A stretch of 30,140 nucleotides of DNA from a virus. Lineage: Duplodnaviria > Caudoviricetes. A program made the translations under genes and the position numbers. Shown here piece after piece: positions 16,050 to 25,231 of this stretch (position 1 is the stretch's first letter; each line of letters starts with the position of its first letter). Location: positions 1 through 30,140 of IMG/VR virus record IMGVR_UViG_3300005805_000321; one strand, 5' to 3'. Under the pieces are notes generated by a model. It had not been told where the DNA came from, did not search any database, and was given only the letters and a program-made list of their open reading frames with translations.

Positions 16050-16970
16050 ATGCCAGACCAAACCACTACGACCACTACCGCGATTGACCCCAACATCCAA
16101 CCATATCTCACTTATGGCTTGGCAGAGGCTCAAAAGCAATATCAAGGCGGTGGGCCAAAGTTCTACCCCGGTCAAGGGTATGTAGGCCCATCCACTGCCA
16201 CACAAACCGCACTGCAAGCCCTACAAGCAAGGGCAATGGCTGGCAACCCTCTGTTGGCTCAAGCGCAAGGCAATGTAAGTGGGATGCTCGCGGGTGACTA
16301 TCTCGGCGGTAATCCATTCTTTCAAGGCGCATTTCAACCCGCAGCGACTGCGGCACAGACTGCATTCCAAAAGTCGATTGGCGACATTTCCTCTGCTGCT
16401 TCTAAAGCCGGACGGTATGGCTCCGGTGCGATGGGCGACCTTCAAAGTCAAGCGGCTGGAACCTTTGCACAGAAACTTGCGGACACTGCGGGGAAGCTGT
16501 CTTACGAGAATTACGCTCAAGAACGCCAAAACCAAATGAGAGCACTCGGCATGGCTCCGGGCCTCGCAGAAGCCGACTATGGCGACATAAATAAGTTGTT
16601 GGGTGCTGGTCAACTCGGTGAGGGTTATCAGACTGCGGCTCTTAATGCTGATATGGCGCGGTATAACTTTGAGCAAAACGCACCACAAAAGAACCTAACA
16701 AACTATCTGAATATGGTTTACGGGTTCCCTGCTGGTCGGACTCAGACGCAAACCACACCCTATTACACAAACCCCACTGCTACGGCATTTGGTACGGGCT
16801 TGCTCGGACTGAATCTGTTTAATGCCGGAAATCAAGCCACCGGAGGCGGGTTAACCAATTTCTTCAAGAGTGGATGGAATACATTAACTGGAAGTTGGGG
16901 CAATCAATTGGGTTCGCCATACGACTACGGCGCTGAAAACTACCAAGTCGATGAGAACTTCTCATTCTGA
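16050..16970 (+). CDS. Internal virion/DNA ejection protein 1
   Basis: AAAAGGAG SD; TTTTT..IDP.IQPYL; Gln/Ala/Gly-rich; synteny after tail genes. Confidence 0.65.
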   Translation: MPDQTTTTTTAIDPNIQPYLTYGLAEAQKQYQGGGPKFYPGQGYVGPSTATQTALQALQARAMAGNPLLAQAQGNVSGMLAGDYLGGNPFFQGAFQPAATAAQTAFQKSIGDISSAASKAGRYGSGAMGDLQSQAAGTFAQKLADTAGKLSYENYAQERQNQMRALGMAPGLAEADYGDINKLLGAGQLGEGYQTAALNADMARYNFEQNAPQKNLTNYLNMVYGFPAGRTQTQTTPYYTNPTATAFGTGLLGLNLFNAGNQATGGGLTNFFKSGWNTLTGSWGNQLGSPYDYGAENYQVDENFSF

Positions 16971-16985
16971 TCGCGGAGCAAAATA

Positions 16986-18392
16986 ATGGCACTACTTGAT
17001 ATTTTCGGCACGACTCCTTCCTACTACGGTGGGCTATTGGGTGAGGACGAGTTAAATCGCGTCCGGCAACAAGCCCAACAGCAAGCACTGCAAAACACTG
17101 CATTGGCTCTTTTGCAAGCTGGCGCACCGAGCAGAACGCCGGGTAACGAAGCACTCGCCATCGCTCAAGGTCTAGCGGGTGGTCAGCAAGCCTATAAGCA
17201 GTCAATGGAAGATGCTTTACGCGGCAGGATGAGCGAAATGCAGATTCAAGACTATCAGCGCAAACAACAAGAGGCGCAAGCACAAAGAACTCGACAAGAG
17301 CAAATGCGTCAGATGTTCCCGCAAATCTTCACGCAGACTGTCACCCCCGAACAGCAAACGATGTACGGTGAAGCGGCTCGGGTGGTTCGTGATGATGAAG
17401 GCAATTTGATGCCGGGGGCACAGATTACCCCTGCACAGCGTCAAATCTCTGTTGACCCCAACAAGCTACAAGCATTGGCGATGTTGTCAAACGACCCATT
17501 GGCGGCATATTCACAGATTGCCAAACTTGTTCCCGACTTGCGTAAAGCCGGATTCATTGGTGGAATGCAGCAAGAAAACCCATTCACTATATTCTCAAAG
17601 GATGAGACCATTCCCGCACCGTTACGGGCTGTGGCGGCTCAGTATGAGAGAAGCTATGCAACTGGTCAGATCGATCAAGATACTGCCGATAAACGGTTGG
17701 CTGAACTTGGTCAACGGGTGCAGTCTGCTCAACAATTCGCACAGAATCAAGCTGGAATTCAATCACAAAGAGAATTCACGCAACAACTTCAACAAGAATT
17801 GAAGGATTTAAAAGTGCGAGGAATGGAAGATTCCAATTACTTCAAGCAACTTACAGCACAAAACACCGCTGCGATGCTTGATCTCAGACGAGCAACAGAG
17901 GCCAACAAGCCGGAAACATTCTCATACGCTCAGAAAAAGGAATTTGATGTTGTTAGGAAAGCCAACGAAGAAGCGGCAAGTGCTGAATCAAGTGCGGCTA
18001 TTGCAGATCGTGCTGCACCATTGTTGCCACAAGCCTATGGCGGCAAGATTGAAGCAACCATTAAGGGTATGGCGGGTGCGCTTGGCCCAATTGGTACAAC
18101 GCAAGCGAAAGAGGCAAACGATCAATTGGTGCAATTGTCTCAACAACTTGCATTGAAAACGCCTAAGTTTAGTGGCCCCACATCTGATGCAGATGCAAAA
18201 CGCTACGATAAGGCGGTTGGTGATTTGGCTAATCCGAGTGTTTCATTGACATCAAAACAAGAGGCATTGAAAAGCATCAAAGAATTGGCGCAAAAAGCTA
18301 AGGATTACGCTGCACAGCAAGAAAACTACTTCTACCAAAACAATAAATCATTGCGCGGGTTTAAGTACGAAGACAACCCATTTGGGAAGTAA
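16986..18392 (+). CDS. Internal virion/DNA ejection protein 2
   Basis: Gln/Ala-rich helical protein, GPTSDAD motif near C-terminus, ends DNPFGK. Confidence 0.6.
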   Translation: MALLDIFGTTPSYYGGLLGEDELNRVRQQAQQQALQNTALALLQAGAPSRTPGNEALAIAQGLAGGQQAYKQSMEDALRGRMSEMQIQDYQRKQQEAQAQRTRQEQMRQMFPQIFTQTVTPEQQTMYGEAARVVRDDEGNLMPGAQITPAQRQISVDPNKLQALAMLSNDPLAAYSQIAKLVPDLRKAGFIGGMQQENPFTIFSKDETIPAPLRAVAAQYERSYATGQIDQDTADKRLAELGQRVQSAQQFAQNQAGIQSQREFTQQLQQELKDLKVRGMEDSNYFKQLTAQNTAAMLDLRRATEANKPETFSYAQKKEFDVVRKANEEAASAESSAAIADRAAPLLPQAYGGKIEATIKGMAGALGPIGTTQAKEANDQLVQLSQQLALKTPKFSGPTSDADAKRYDKAVGDLANPSVSLTSKQEALKSIKELAQKAKDYAAQQENYFYQNNKSLRGFKYEDNPFGK

Positions 18393-18394
18393 AC

Positions 18395-20605
18395 ATGGCA
18401 ACCACAAAAGACATTTCTTTGTTGATTCAGCGTCCGGAACTTGCAGACAAGTTTGATAAGGTCTATGGCGAAGGCGCGGCGGCAAAGATTCTTGCTCAAG
18501 CCAAACCCCAATCAGTCCCACAAAGGAAAGAAGAAAAAGCCGGAACCTTCGAGCAATACATGGGCGCGGCTACGCGGGGTCTTGCGCCATCTGTTGTTGG
18601 TGGTGCAGCCTTAGCCCCACTCGGGCCAATTCCGGCTCTTGTCGGGGCATCTGCTACGGCGGGTGGGGACTTCATCAATGGACTGATTAACCTCATATTG
18701 GCGGGTGGTGAAAAGGTCAGCGGTCAGCAAATGCCGAGACTGCAAATGCCTTCACAAGTCGTTCAAGACTTGATGACTCGTGCGGGAGTCGCTAAACCTA
18801 CTGAAACTGGCCCACAAGTGGTAGAGGCCGCAATGGGTGCATTGGGTGGCACTGCGGCTCAACTGCGCTCGATGCAACAACTTGCACAAACCGCACCGTC
18901 CATCACGCAAAAGATTGCTCAACAGATGGCACAGCGTCCAATGGCTCAGATGGTGGTTGCACCTCCGGCGGGTGCTGCGGCTCAATTGACTGCACAAGCT
19001 GCCCAACCGTATGTTGGTGACATTGGTGCAATGTTGGCGGGTATGGCGGGTGCAACTGCGGTTGGTGGTGCTGGAATGGCTGCACCAACTCGGCCCCGTC
19101 CCGCACCGAGCATGGCAGAGCAACGAGCAACCCGAGTGGCACAGACTGCGGCAGATTTAGGGTTTGAGGGCGAATCAGCATTAACACCGGCTCAACGGGG
19201 AACCAACCGGACAGCACAAATCTTTGAGGGTGTGGTAGCGAATATCCCCGGCAGTGCCGGACAGATGACTAGACGCTACACGACTCAAGCGGATAAGGCC
19301 GAGCAAATCCTTAACTCATTGGCGGCTAAGTTTGGCGGTATGCCGGATGCACCCGACACGGCAATGAGTGTGGCTGCAAATGCTGTGCGTAATGCTGTGG
19401 GCAAGAATGTGGATGACATTGGGTCAAGCATTCGTGAAGTGGCATCAAAGGCTGATATTCCTCTGAGTGAAGTGCCGAACTTCCAAGATCAGATCATGAA
19501 GATTCGTGCTGGTCTACAGTCAATCCCTCCGGCTCTCAGACGCGACCCATTGTTTCAAGGGTTTGAAGAATTCTATTTTGGCAAGCCTAATGGCGAATTG
19601 GCGGCTTATGTTGAATCATTCATGACTGAATCCGGAATTGATCGTAAAAATCCTAAGTATGCTCAGACTGCGGCACAAGTTCGCAAACAGTTGATTGACA
19701 GTGGTATTCCCGAGTTTGAGTTTGAAGGCTATGCACAGAAAGGGTTTATCCCCGGCTCAGATTATCAAGATCAACGGGTTTTGTTTGGTCAACTCGCAGA
19801 GGCCCAAAAAGGCACAAAGGTGGGTCAAGCATTCCGACAGCTACAAAAAGAATTGGACAATGCGCGAGAAGTCACATTCAAGAATGCCGGTATGGATGAT
19901 GACCTAAAAGAACTGCGCTCCCTTCGTGCTTCGTATGGTGACGCAGTTGATCTCAAGCAACGATTCTCAACGGCAAAGGATGCTACTGTTGTTCGCTCAA
20001 TCTCCACAAACGAGAGTCAAGCGGCAAACAATGTGATTCCTTTGTTGGACAATGAAGGAAAGCTAAGACTCGCTCAAGGCGTATTGGCTGACATTAAATT
20101 AGAGTCTTTGAGTCCGGCGGGTGACTTGGACATTACCAAATTTGGTAAGACCATCATCAACCGGAATGAACGCTCTCCCGCTACATTGCCAAACATCTTT
20201 GGAATGGAAGACGCAAGCACGATGATCGGTTTGGCAGATGTTGCACAAACAGCATTGAAGGCAAAGATTCCCACCTCCGGAACTGCTGAACGCTCACAGA
20301 TGACGCAGATGCTTACATCCACTCCGGCTAAAGTTGGTGCAGCTATGGCGGGTGGTACGGCATTAACGGGTGAACCGTTCTTAGGCACTGCATTGGCTCT
20401 TGGTACTCCGGCATTGGCAACAAAAGCATATTTGTCACCAACCGTTCAAAACCTCTATGAGAGAATGAATGTTGTTGACCCATTGCTTAACTACATGAGA
20501 GCACCAATCAATCCAATGTTGGAATATGCTGCATCTCCAAATCTTTTGTATTCTGCACCGCAAGTTCCATATATTGAACTGCGCGGAATGGCTCAACCGG
20601 ACTAA
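18395..20605 (+). CDS. Internal virion/DNA ejection protein 3 (large)
   Basis: Gly/Ala hydrophobic segments, LTPAQRG, PTSGTAER motif as in podovirus DNA-transfer proteins. Confidence 0.65.
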   Translation: MATTKDISLLIQRPELADKFDKVYGEGAAAKILAQAKPQSVPQRKEEKAGTFEQYMGAATRGLAPSVVGGAALAPLGPIPALVGASATAGGDFINGLINLILAGGEKVSGQQMPRLQMPSQVVQDLMTRAGVAKPTETGPQVVEAAMGALGGTAAQLRSMQQLAQTAPSITQKIAQQMAQRPMAQMVVAPPAGAAAQLTAQAAQPYVGDIGAMLAGMAGATAVGGAGMAAPTRPRPAPSMAEQRATRVAQTAADLGFEGESALTPAQRGTNRTAQIFEGVVANIPGSAGQMTRRYTTQADKAEQILNSLAAKFGGMPDAPDTAMSVAANAVRNAVGKNVDDIGSSIREVASKADIPLSEVPNFQDQIMKIRAGLQSIPPALRRDPLFQGFEEFYFGKPNGELAAYVESFMTESGIDRKNPKYAQTAAQVRKQLIDSGIPEFEFEGYAQKGFIPGSDYQDQRVLFGQLAEAQKGTKVGQAFRQLQKELDNAREVTFKNAGMDDDLKELRSLRASYGDAVDLKQRFSTAKDATVVRSISTNESQAANNVIPLLDNEGKLRLAQGVLADIKLESLSPAGDLDITKFGKTIINRNERSPATLPNIFGMEDASTMIGLADVAQTALKAKIPTSGTAERSQMTQMLTSTPAKVGAAMAGGTALTGEPFLGTALALGTPALATKAYLSPTVQNLYERMNVVDPLLNYMRAPINPMLEYAASPNLLYSAPQVPYIELRGMAQPD

Positions 20606-20615
20606 GGACTAAATC

Positions 20616-21752
20616 ATGCCAAAGACAAAAATCAGCGAGTACAGCGCAACCGCTAACTCAAACACAGATGTAGCATCAATCAACATTGATGAGGGATGCG
20701 CCCCGAGTGGCATCAATAACGCCATTCGTGCGGTGATGGGCCATCTGAAAGACTTTCAGCAGGGAACCAATGGAGACCCCTTCAATGGCCCCGTGAATGG
20801 TACTTTAGGGGCTACTACTGCAAGCACTGCAAATGTCACCACACTGACTACATCATCTACTGTTACGCACAATGGCGGCACAGCCAATGGTGTGGCCTAT
20901 CTCAATGGCTCAAAGGTGCTGACTACGGGCAGTGCGTTGGTGTTTGATGGTACGAATTTGGGTGTGGGTGTTACGCCTAGTGCTTGGAGTTCAACAACGG
21001 CACTACAAGTTGGTTCAGTTGGCGGCGCAATATCTAGTGCCTCTACACAAATAAGTTTGTCGTATAACTGGGTTGCAACTTCTACTGGTAATAAATACAT
21101 TACCAATGGATTTTCTTCAATTTATCAACAAAATGCTGGTGCTCACGCTTGGTACAACGCCCCATCTGGCACAGCAGGTAACGCAATCAGCTTCACCCAA
21201 GCAATGACCCTTGATGCCAGCGGTAACTTGCTGGTGGGGACTACAGCCGCACAGCTTGATGGCTCTTCCAAAATGGTCGTGCTAAATTCATCTGCAACTG
21301 TTGCTGAGTTTACGGCTAGTTCTGGCACTGCTACACAAGCTGTATTGAGGTCTTGGAATACTGCAACATCTGGCGATAACTTATTTCAGACATTTCACAC
21401 AGATGCTGGCGCAACTCAAAGGGGTTCAATCACATACAACCGAGCAGGTGGTTTGGTTGCCTACAACACTACCTCAGACTACCGAGCCAAAGACATTAGT
21501 GGTTATGTGACTGACAGCGGGTCAGTGATTGATTCTGTGCCCGTTTACATTGGTAAGATGAAAGACGCTACACAAGAGCGCCCCATGTTCATTGCTCACG
21601 AAACACCTGCCTATGCTCATGTTGGTGAAAAAGATGCAGTAGATGCAGATGGTAATCCCGTGTATCAACAAATGGATGCGTCTGCCCTTATCCCTGTAAT
21701 GTGGGCTGAAATCCAATCCCTTCGTAAACGCCTTGCCACCGCTGGCATCTAA
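20616..21752 (+). CDS. Tail fibre/spike with C-terminal peptidase S74 intramolecular chaperone
   Basis: N-terminal PSGINNAIRAVM anchor; GNLLVGTT-type modules; TTSDYRAKD...FIAHE...YQQMD...EIQSLRKRL. Confidence 0.85.
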   Translation: MPKTKISEYSATANSNTDVASINIDEGCAPSGINNAIRAVMGHLKDFQQGTNGDPFNGPVNGTLGATTASTANVTTLTTSSTVTHNGGTANGVAYLNGSKVLTTGSALVFDGTNLGVGVTPSAWSSTTALQVGSVGGAISSASTQISLSYNWVATSTGNKYITNGFSSIYQQNAGAHAWYNAPSGTAGNAISFTQAMTLDASGNLLVGTTAAQLDGSSKMVVLNSSATVAEFTASSGTATQAVLRSWNTATSGDNLFQTFHTDAGATQRGSITYNRAGGLVAYNTTSDYRAKDISGYVTDSGSVIDSVPVYIGKMKDATQERPMFIAHETPAYAHVGEKDAVDADGNPVYQQMDASALIPVMWAEIQSLRKRLATAGI

Positions 21753-21769
21753 TCTTTTAGGAGTAAACC

Positions 21770-22066
21770 ATGTCAACAATCGTTTGGAACATTTCCCGAC
21801 TTGACCGACAAACCTCTGATGGTTTTGTCACCACTGCTCATTGGCAAGCCATTGCAACAGATGGGGATTATTCTGCATCTGTGTACAGCACTTGTTCATG
21901 GAGTGAAGGCACTGCAACCATTCCATATGCCTCTTTGACAAAGGAAACAGTCTTAGGTTGGATTTGGGCCAATGGTGTGGATAAAGAGGCTGTAGAGGCT
22001 TCTTTAGAGGCTCAGATTGAATTGCAGAAAAACCCCGTAACCGCAGTAGGTGTACCTTGGAACTAA
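21770..22066 (+). CDS. Conserved tail-fibre-associated protein
   Basis: WNISRLDR...IPYASLTKETVLGWIW...GVPW; AGGAG SD. Confidence 0.65.
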   Translation: MSTIVWNISRLDRQTSDGFVTTAHWQAIATDGDYSASVYSTCSWSEGTATIPYASLTKETVLGWIWANGVDKEAVEASLEAQIELQKNPVTAVGVPWN

Positions 22067-22206
22067 ATCTCACATTGACCGTAGAAGAAGTGAATAGCCT
22101 TCTTCATGTGTTGGGCGAACTTCCCACCCGCATGAATGCCTATCCTCTCTTGATGAAGATCAAAGAGCAAGCGGAGGCTCAATTACCGAAAGAGCAAGAT
22201 GAGTGA
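22057..22206 (+). CDS. Small protein, 49 aa (TTG start; not in ORF track)
   Basis: MELNLTLTVEEVNSLLHVLGELPTRMNAYPLLMKIKEQAEAQLPKEQDE; fills the gap and overlaps both neighbours. Confidence 0.65.
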   Translation: MELNLTLTVEEVNSLLHVLGELPTRMNAYPLLMKIKEQAEAQLPKEQDE

Positions 22207-22393
22207 AGTGGAACGAGAATTCGCGGTTCATCAAGCCATTTGCGATCAACGGTATAAGACCATTGAGGACAAGCTAGAGTCGGGCAAACAGCGCATGAAG
22301 ATGATAGAGATTCAACTCTACATTGTGATTGCTGCTATCTTGTTTGGCCCCGGCGTAGCGGCTGACATTGTGAAGAAGTTATTGGGGATTTGA
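22199..22393 (+). CDS. Coiled-coil plus C-terminal TM protein (XhlA/holin-like)
   Basis: HQAICDQRY, coiled coil, hydrophobic IQLYIVIAAILFGPGVAA. Confidence 0.55.
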   Translation: MSEVEREFAVHQAICDQRYKTIEDKLESGKQRMKMIEIQLYIVIAAILFGPGVAADIVKKLLGI

Positions 22394-22394
22394 C

Positions 22395-23090
22395 ATTGAC
22401 CCTCTCACCCTTTTGGCGATGGCAAACGGATGCGTTGCAGCTATCCGAAAGGGATGTGAACTCTACAAAGATGTTAAGGGCACGATTTCAGCAGCGCAAA
22501 AGACTGCTAAGGAAGTCACTGCGATTGCAGAGGAGGTTGGTGGGTTCTTTGGTTTCTTCAAGAAGAAGCCTACTGATAAACCCGTTGAGGCTCCAAAGCC
22601 AAAGAAAGCCGAACCCGAAGTTTGGGACGAGAATAAAGTCGTTGCTGATTTGGCGGCTAATCTCGGACAGTTCTTCAAGATTCAGCAACAGCTTGCTGAC
22701 CACATTCGAGAAGAAGAAGAAAAGTCTAAGAATGTTTATGACCCAAATCAGAACATCATGGAATCTGCTCTCAACCGAGAATTGGCAAAAACTCAGTTTG
22801 AGAAGCTATCTAAGGAAATTAGAGAGATCATGGTGTATCAGTCCCCCAAAGAGTTAGGGAACTTGTACACCCGTGTGAATCAGATGAGGGTGCAGATCAT
22901 TGAAGAACAAGAACAAGCAAGATTGGCACAAGAAAAAAGGATTCGTGAAGCAGAATGGAAGCGGCGGAAAATGATTTCAGCAATTCAAGACAAGGCCATC
23001 TACGGGGTGGCTTGTCTAGTATTTCTGCTGTATCTCGTTTTGTTTTTCACTTTACTCGTAATGGACAGAAAAGTCAGATGGGGTTTCTAG
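22395..23090 (+). CDS. Helical membrane protein with C-terminal TM; probable ATT start
   Basis: In-frame ATT-GAC-CCT (MDPLTLLAMANG) 6 nt after GGGGA; TM AIYGVACLVFLLYLVLFFTLLV. Confidence 0.6.
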   Translation: MDPLTLLAMANGCVAAIRKGCELYKDVKGTISAAQKTAKEVTAIAEEVGGFFGFFKKKPTDKPVEAPKPKKAEPEVWDENKVVADLAANLGQFFKIQQQLADHIREEEEKSKNVYDPNQNIMESALNRELAKTQFEKLSKEIREIMVYQSPKELGNLYTRVNQMRVQIIEEQEQARLAQEKRIREAEWKRRKMISAIQDKAIYGVACLVFLLYLVLFFTLLVMDRKVRWGF

Positions 23091-23272
23091 TCGCTCTCAT
23101 TGCAATGGTGATTGTGTTCGCCTTGATGCTTCCATTGATTGGGAGCATTTACTACGACACGCTTGCCACACAGAAAGAAAGTAAGGCTCAGATCGAGAGG
23201 ATGGAGCGACTCCGACAGCAATTAGAGCAAGATAGAAAAGATTTGGACAGAATGAAAAATGAGTCAAAATAA
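23078..23272 (+). CDS. N-terminal TM plus coiled-coil protein, 64 aa
   Basis: MGFLVALIAMVIVFALMLPLIGSIYY then charged heptads. Confidence 0.65.
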   Translation: MGFLVALIAMVIVFALMLPLIGSIYYDTLATQKESKAQIERMERLRQQLEQDRKDLDRMKNESK

Positions 23273-23513
23273 ATTCTTGTGGTGCGTGATTGCCATATCC
23301 ATTGCGGTGGTTCTGCTTCTAAGCGGATGTGAGGACAAATATCGATATATTTGTCAGAACCCCGACAAGTTCGATCTACCGGAATGCCAAAAGCCCCGCT
23401 GTCTGTTTACTCAAACTTGCCCCGAGTATCTAGTCGCTCCTATCTTGACAAACAAGATTGAACCGCCAAAGGCTGAAGAAAAGAAAGCAGAGGTTCCAAA
23501 TGCAACCAATTGA
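23259..23513 (+). CDS. Cys-rich lipoprotein
   Basis: Signal with lipobox LSG/C; four further Cys (YICQ, ECQKPRC, TCP). Confidence 0.75.
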   Translation: MSQNKFLWCVIAISIAVVLLLSGCEDKYRYICQNPDKFDLPECQKPRCLFTQTCPEYLVAPILTNKIEPPKAEEKKAEVPNATN

Positions 23514-24000
23514 TAGCAAGTACTCAATGAACGACAAAATTCAATTGGTCGAGACTTATGTTTGGGCAAGTGTCGTTTTGATTGTGACCATCATTCTTGC
23601 GGGTATCGTAATTGCGATGCTGTACTCGGTGACATTCGTTACTCAACCCATCAAGAGTATGGCGCCAATCGATCAAGCATATTTGAAGATGATGAATGAC
23701 ATTGTTCTTCTCATTGTTGGTGGTATCGGTGGCGTGATGAGCAGAAAGGGCGTACAAGCGATTGCAGACAGAGTGTCTACACCTACCCCTCCCGCGACAG
23801 TTACAACGCCTTCTAGCCCCGTTGCTGCGCCTCCTACGCCAACTCCTACGCCATCCAATGCTTTGCCCGTGTGGGTCAATCCTCCTTTGGATGAAAGTTG
23901 GACACCCCCACCTCCCCCCACTACTCCACCCCAACACTTAGAGTCTGATTCAGTGCGTGAAGAAATCGCTGCTGCTCGGCATGAGGTGAAGAATGGTTAA
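23500..24000 (+). CDS. Two-TM membrane protein with Pro-rich tail (holin candidate)
   Basis: GAGGT SD; two hydrophobic segments; TPPPPPTTPP tail. Confidence 0.6.
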   Translation: MQPIDSKYSMNDKIQLVETYVWASVVLIVTIILAGIVIAMLYSVTFVTQPIKSMAPIDQAYLKMMNDIVLLIVGGIGGVMSRKGVQAIADRVSTPTPPATVTTPSSPVAAPPTPTPTPSNALPVWVNPPLDESWTPPPPPTTPPQHLESDSVREEIAAARHEVKNG

Positions 24001-24484
24001 CCCATACTTCATCATTGGGGCGATGATTGCTGTGGGCGGTGCTTACGGCTACGGGCATCATGTTGGATGGGGCGACCGTGACGCTGAAATGCAAGTCGAG
24101 ATCTCCAAAAAGAATGATGAAGCAAGAGAGAAAGAACGCGAACTTGCCAAACAATTGAACGAACAATCAACCAAACTTTCGGAGGCCAATAATGTCATCA
24201 ATCAAAAGCAGTCTAGTCTTGATCGCGCTATTCGTGATGGTCGGTTGCGCCTCCAAACCACAAGTTGTGTACAAGCCCCCACAAATGCCCCCACTCCCAC
24301 CGGAGATAGCCCAAAAGAGAGAAGTGAACCTAACCGAGAGGTTTATGAAACTTCTGACGCCGAACGAGCAACACTCGCAGCAATCGCCGAAATCATCGCC
24401 CAAGGCGACAGAAACACCGCGCAATTAAACGCTTGTGTGGACAGTTACAACAAAGCAATGGAGATCATCAATGGTAACCGCTGA
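23993..24484 (+). CDS. Rz: Inner-membrane spanin (Rz-like)
   Basis: N-terminal TM, coiled coil, DGRLRL, QLNAC C-terminus. Confidence 0.85.
   Translation: MVNPYFIIGAMIAVGGAYGYGHHVGWGDRDAEMQVEISKKNDEAREKERELAKQLNEQSTKLSEANNVINQKQSSLDRAIRDGRLRLQTTSCVQAPTNAPTPTGDSPKERSEPNREVYETSDAERATLAAIAEIIAQGDRNTAQLNACVDSYNKAMEIINGNR
24192..24428 (+). CDS. Rz1: Outer-membrane spanin lipoprotein embedded in Rz (+1 frame)
   Basis: GGAGG SD at 24181; LVLIALFVMVG/C lipobox; Pro-rich PPQMPPLPP. Confidence 0.8.
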   Translation: MSSIKSSLVLIALFVMVGCASKPQVVYKPPQMPPLPPEIAQKREVNLTERFMKLLTPNEQHSQQSPKSSPKATETPRN

Positions 24485-25064
24485 CCAACTAAAGAAACTC
24501 CACATTGGGGCCGAGTGGGTTGATGCACTCAATGAAACCTTTGGCAGATTCAATATCTCCACCAAACGCCAACAAGCTGCATTTATCGGTCAGTGCGGAC
24601 ACGAATGCGGGCACTTTAAGACATTGGAAGAAAACCTAAACTATCGTGCTGAGACGCTGATGAAGCTGTGGCCTAAGCGGTTCCCCACTTTGGACTTTGC
24701 TAATCAGTACGCACGAAACCCTAAGAAGATCGCCAATATGGTCTATGCCAACCGCATGGGAAATCGTGATGAGGCAAGCGGTGATGGATGGCGATTTCGC
24801 GGGCGCGGTGCTGTCCAATTGACCGGACATTCATCGTATTTTCACGCCGGACAAGCGTTAGGTGCTGATTTCGTGATGGAACCCGATCTAGTCGCCACTC
24901 CGAAATACGCTGCACTTACCGCCGGATGGTTTTGGTCTACACACGACTGCAACCGTCTCGCGGAGGAAGCGAATTGGACGGGTCTCACAAAGAAGATCAA
25001 CGGTGGCACTATCGGTCTTGAGGACAGAATCAACCACACCAATCAAGCCTTATCGGTCTTGTGA
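24471..25064 (+). CDS. Endolysin, glycoside hydrolase family 19
   Basis: AAFIGQCGHEC, EENLNY, GDGWRFRGRGAVQLTG, TKKINGG. Confidence 0.92.
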   Translation: MVTADQLKKLHIGAEWVDALNETFGRFNISTKRQQAAFIGQCGHECGHFKTLEENLNYRAETLMKLWPKRFPTLDFANQYARNPKKIANMVYANRMGNRDEASGDGWRFRGRGAVQLTGHSSYFHAGQALGADFVMEPDLVATPKYAALTAGWFWSTHDCNRLAEEANWTGLTKKINGGTIGLEDRINHTNQALSVL

Positions 25065-25231
25065 CGCTTGACCATTCTGAGGACATTCTCATGCGAGATG
25101 AAGCGATGCCCGTTATAGCATTCCCTTCGTCTGACAAGCATATTCTCCTCAGTTTTGGTGTGTTGAACAAACGAGATTGCTTTGCACTCGGGACACTTCA
25201 TGCCGGAGTTATTCGTGCTCTTAGGATTCAT
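25043..25231 (-). CDS. Zn-ribbon protein (NrdR N-terminus-like)
   Basis: MKCPEC...RRREC..GHRF; start at 25231 or 25201. Confidence 0.7.
   Translation of the reverse strand: MNPKSTNNSGMKCPECKAISFVQHTKTEENMLVRRRECYNGHRFISHENVLRMVKRHKTDKA

Noticed and set aside
834-24915. Many antisense and alternate-frame ORFs in the track (e.g. 1484-1996, 10777-11295, 22390-22857)
   Set aside because: They shadow well-supported genes and lack SD or motifs; only Rz1 has independent support.
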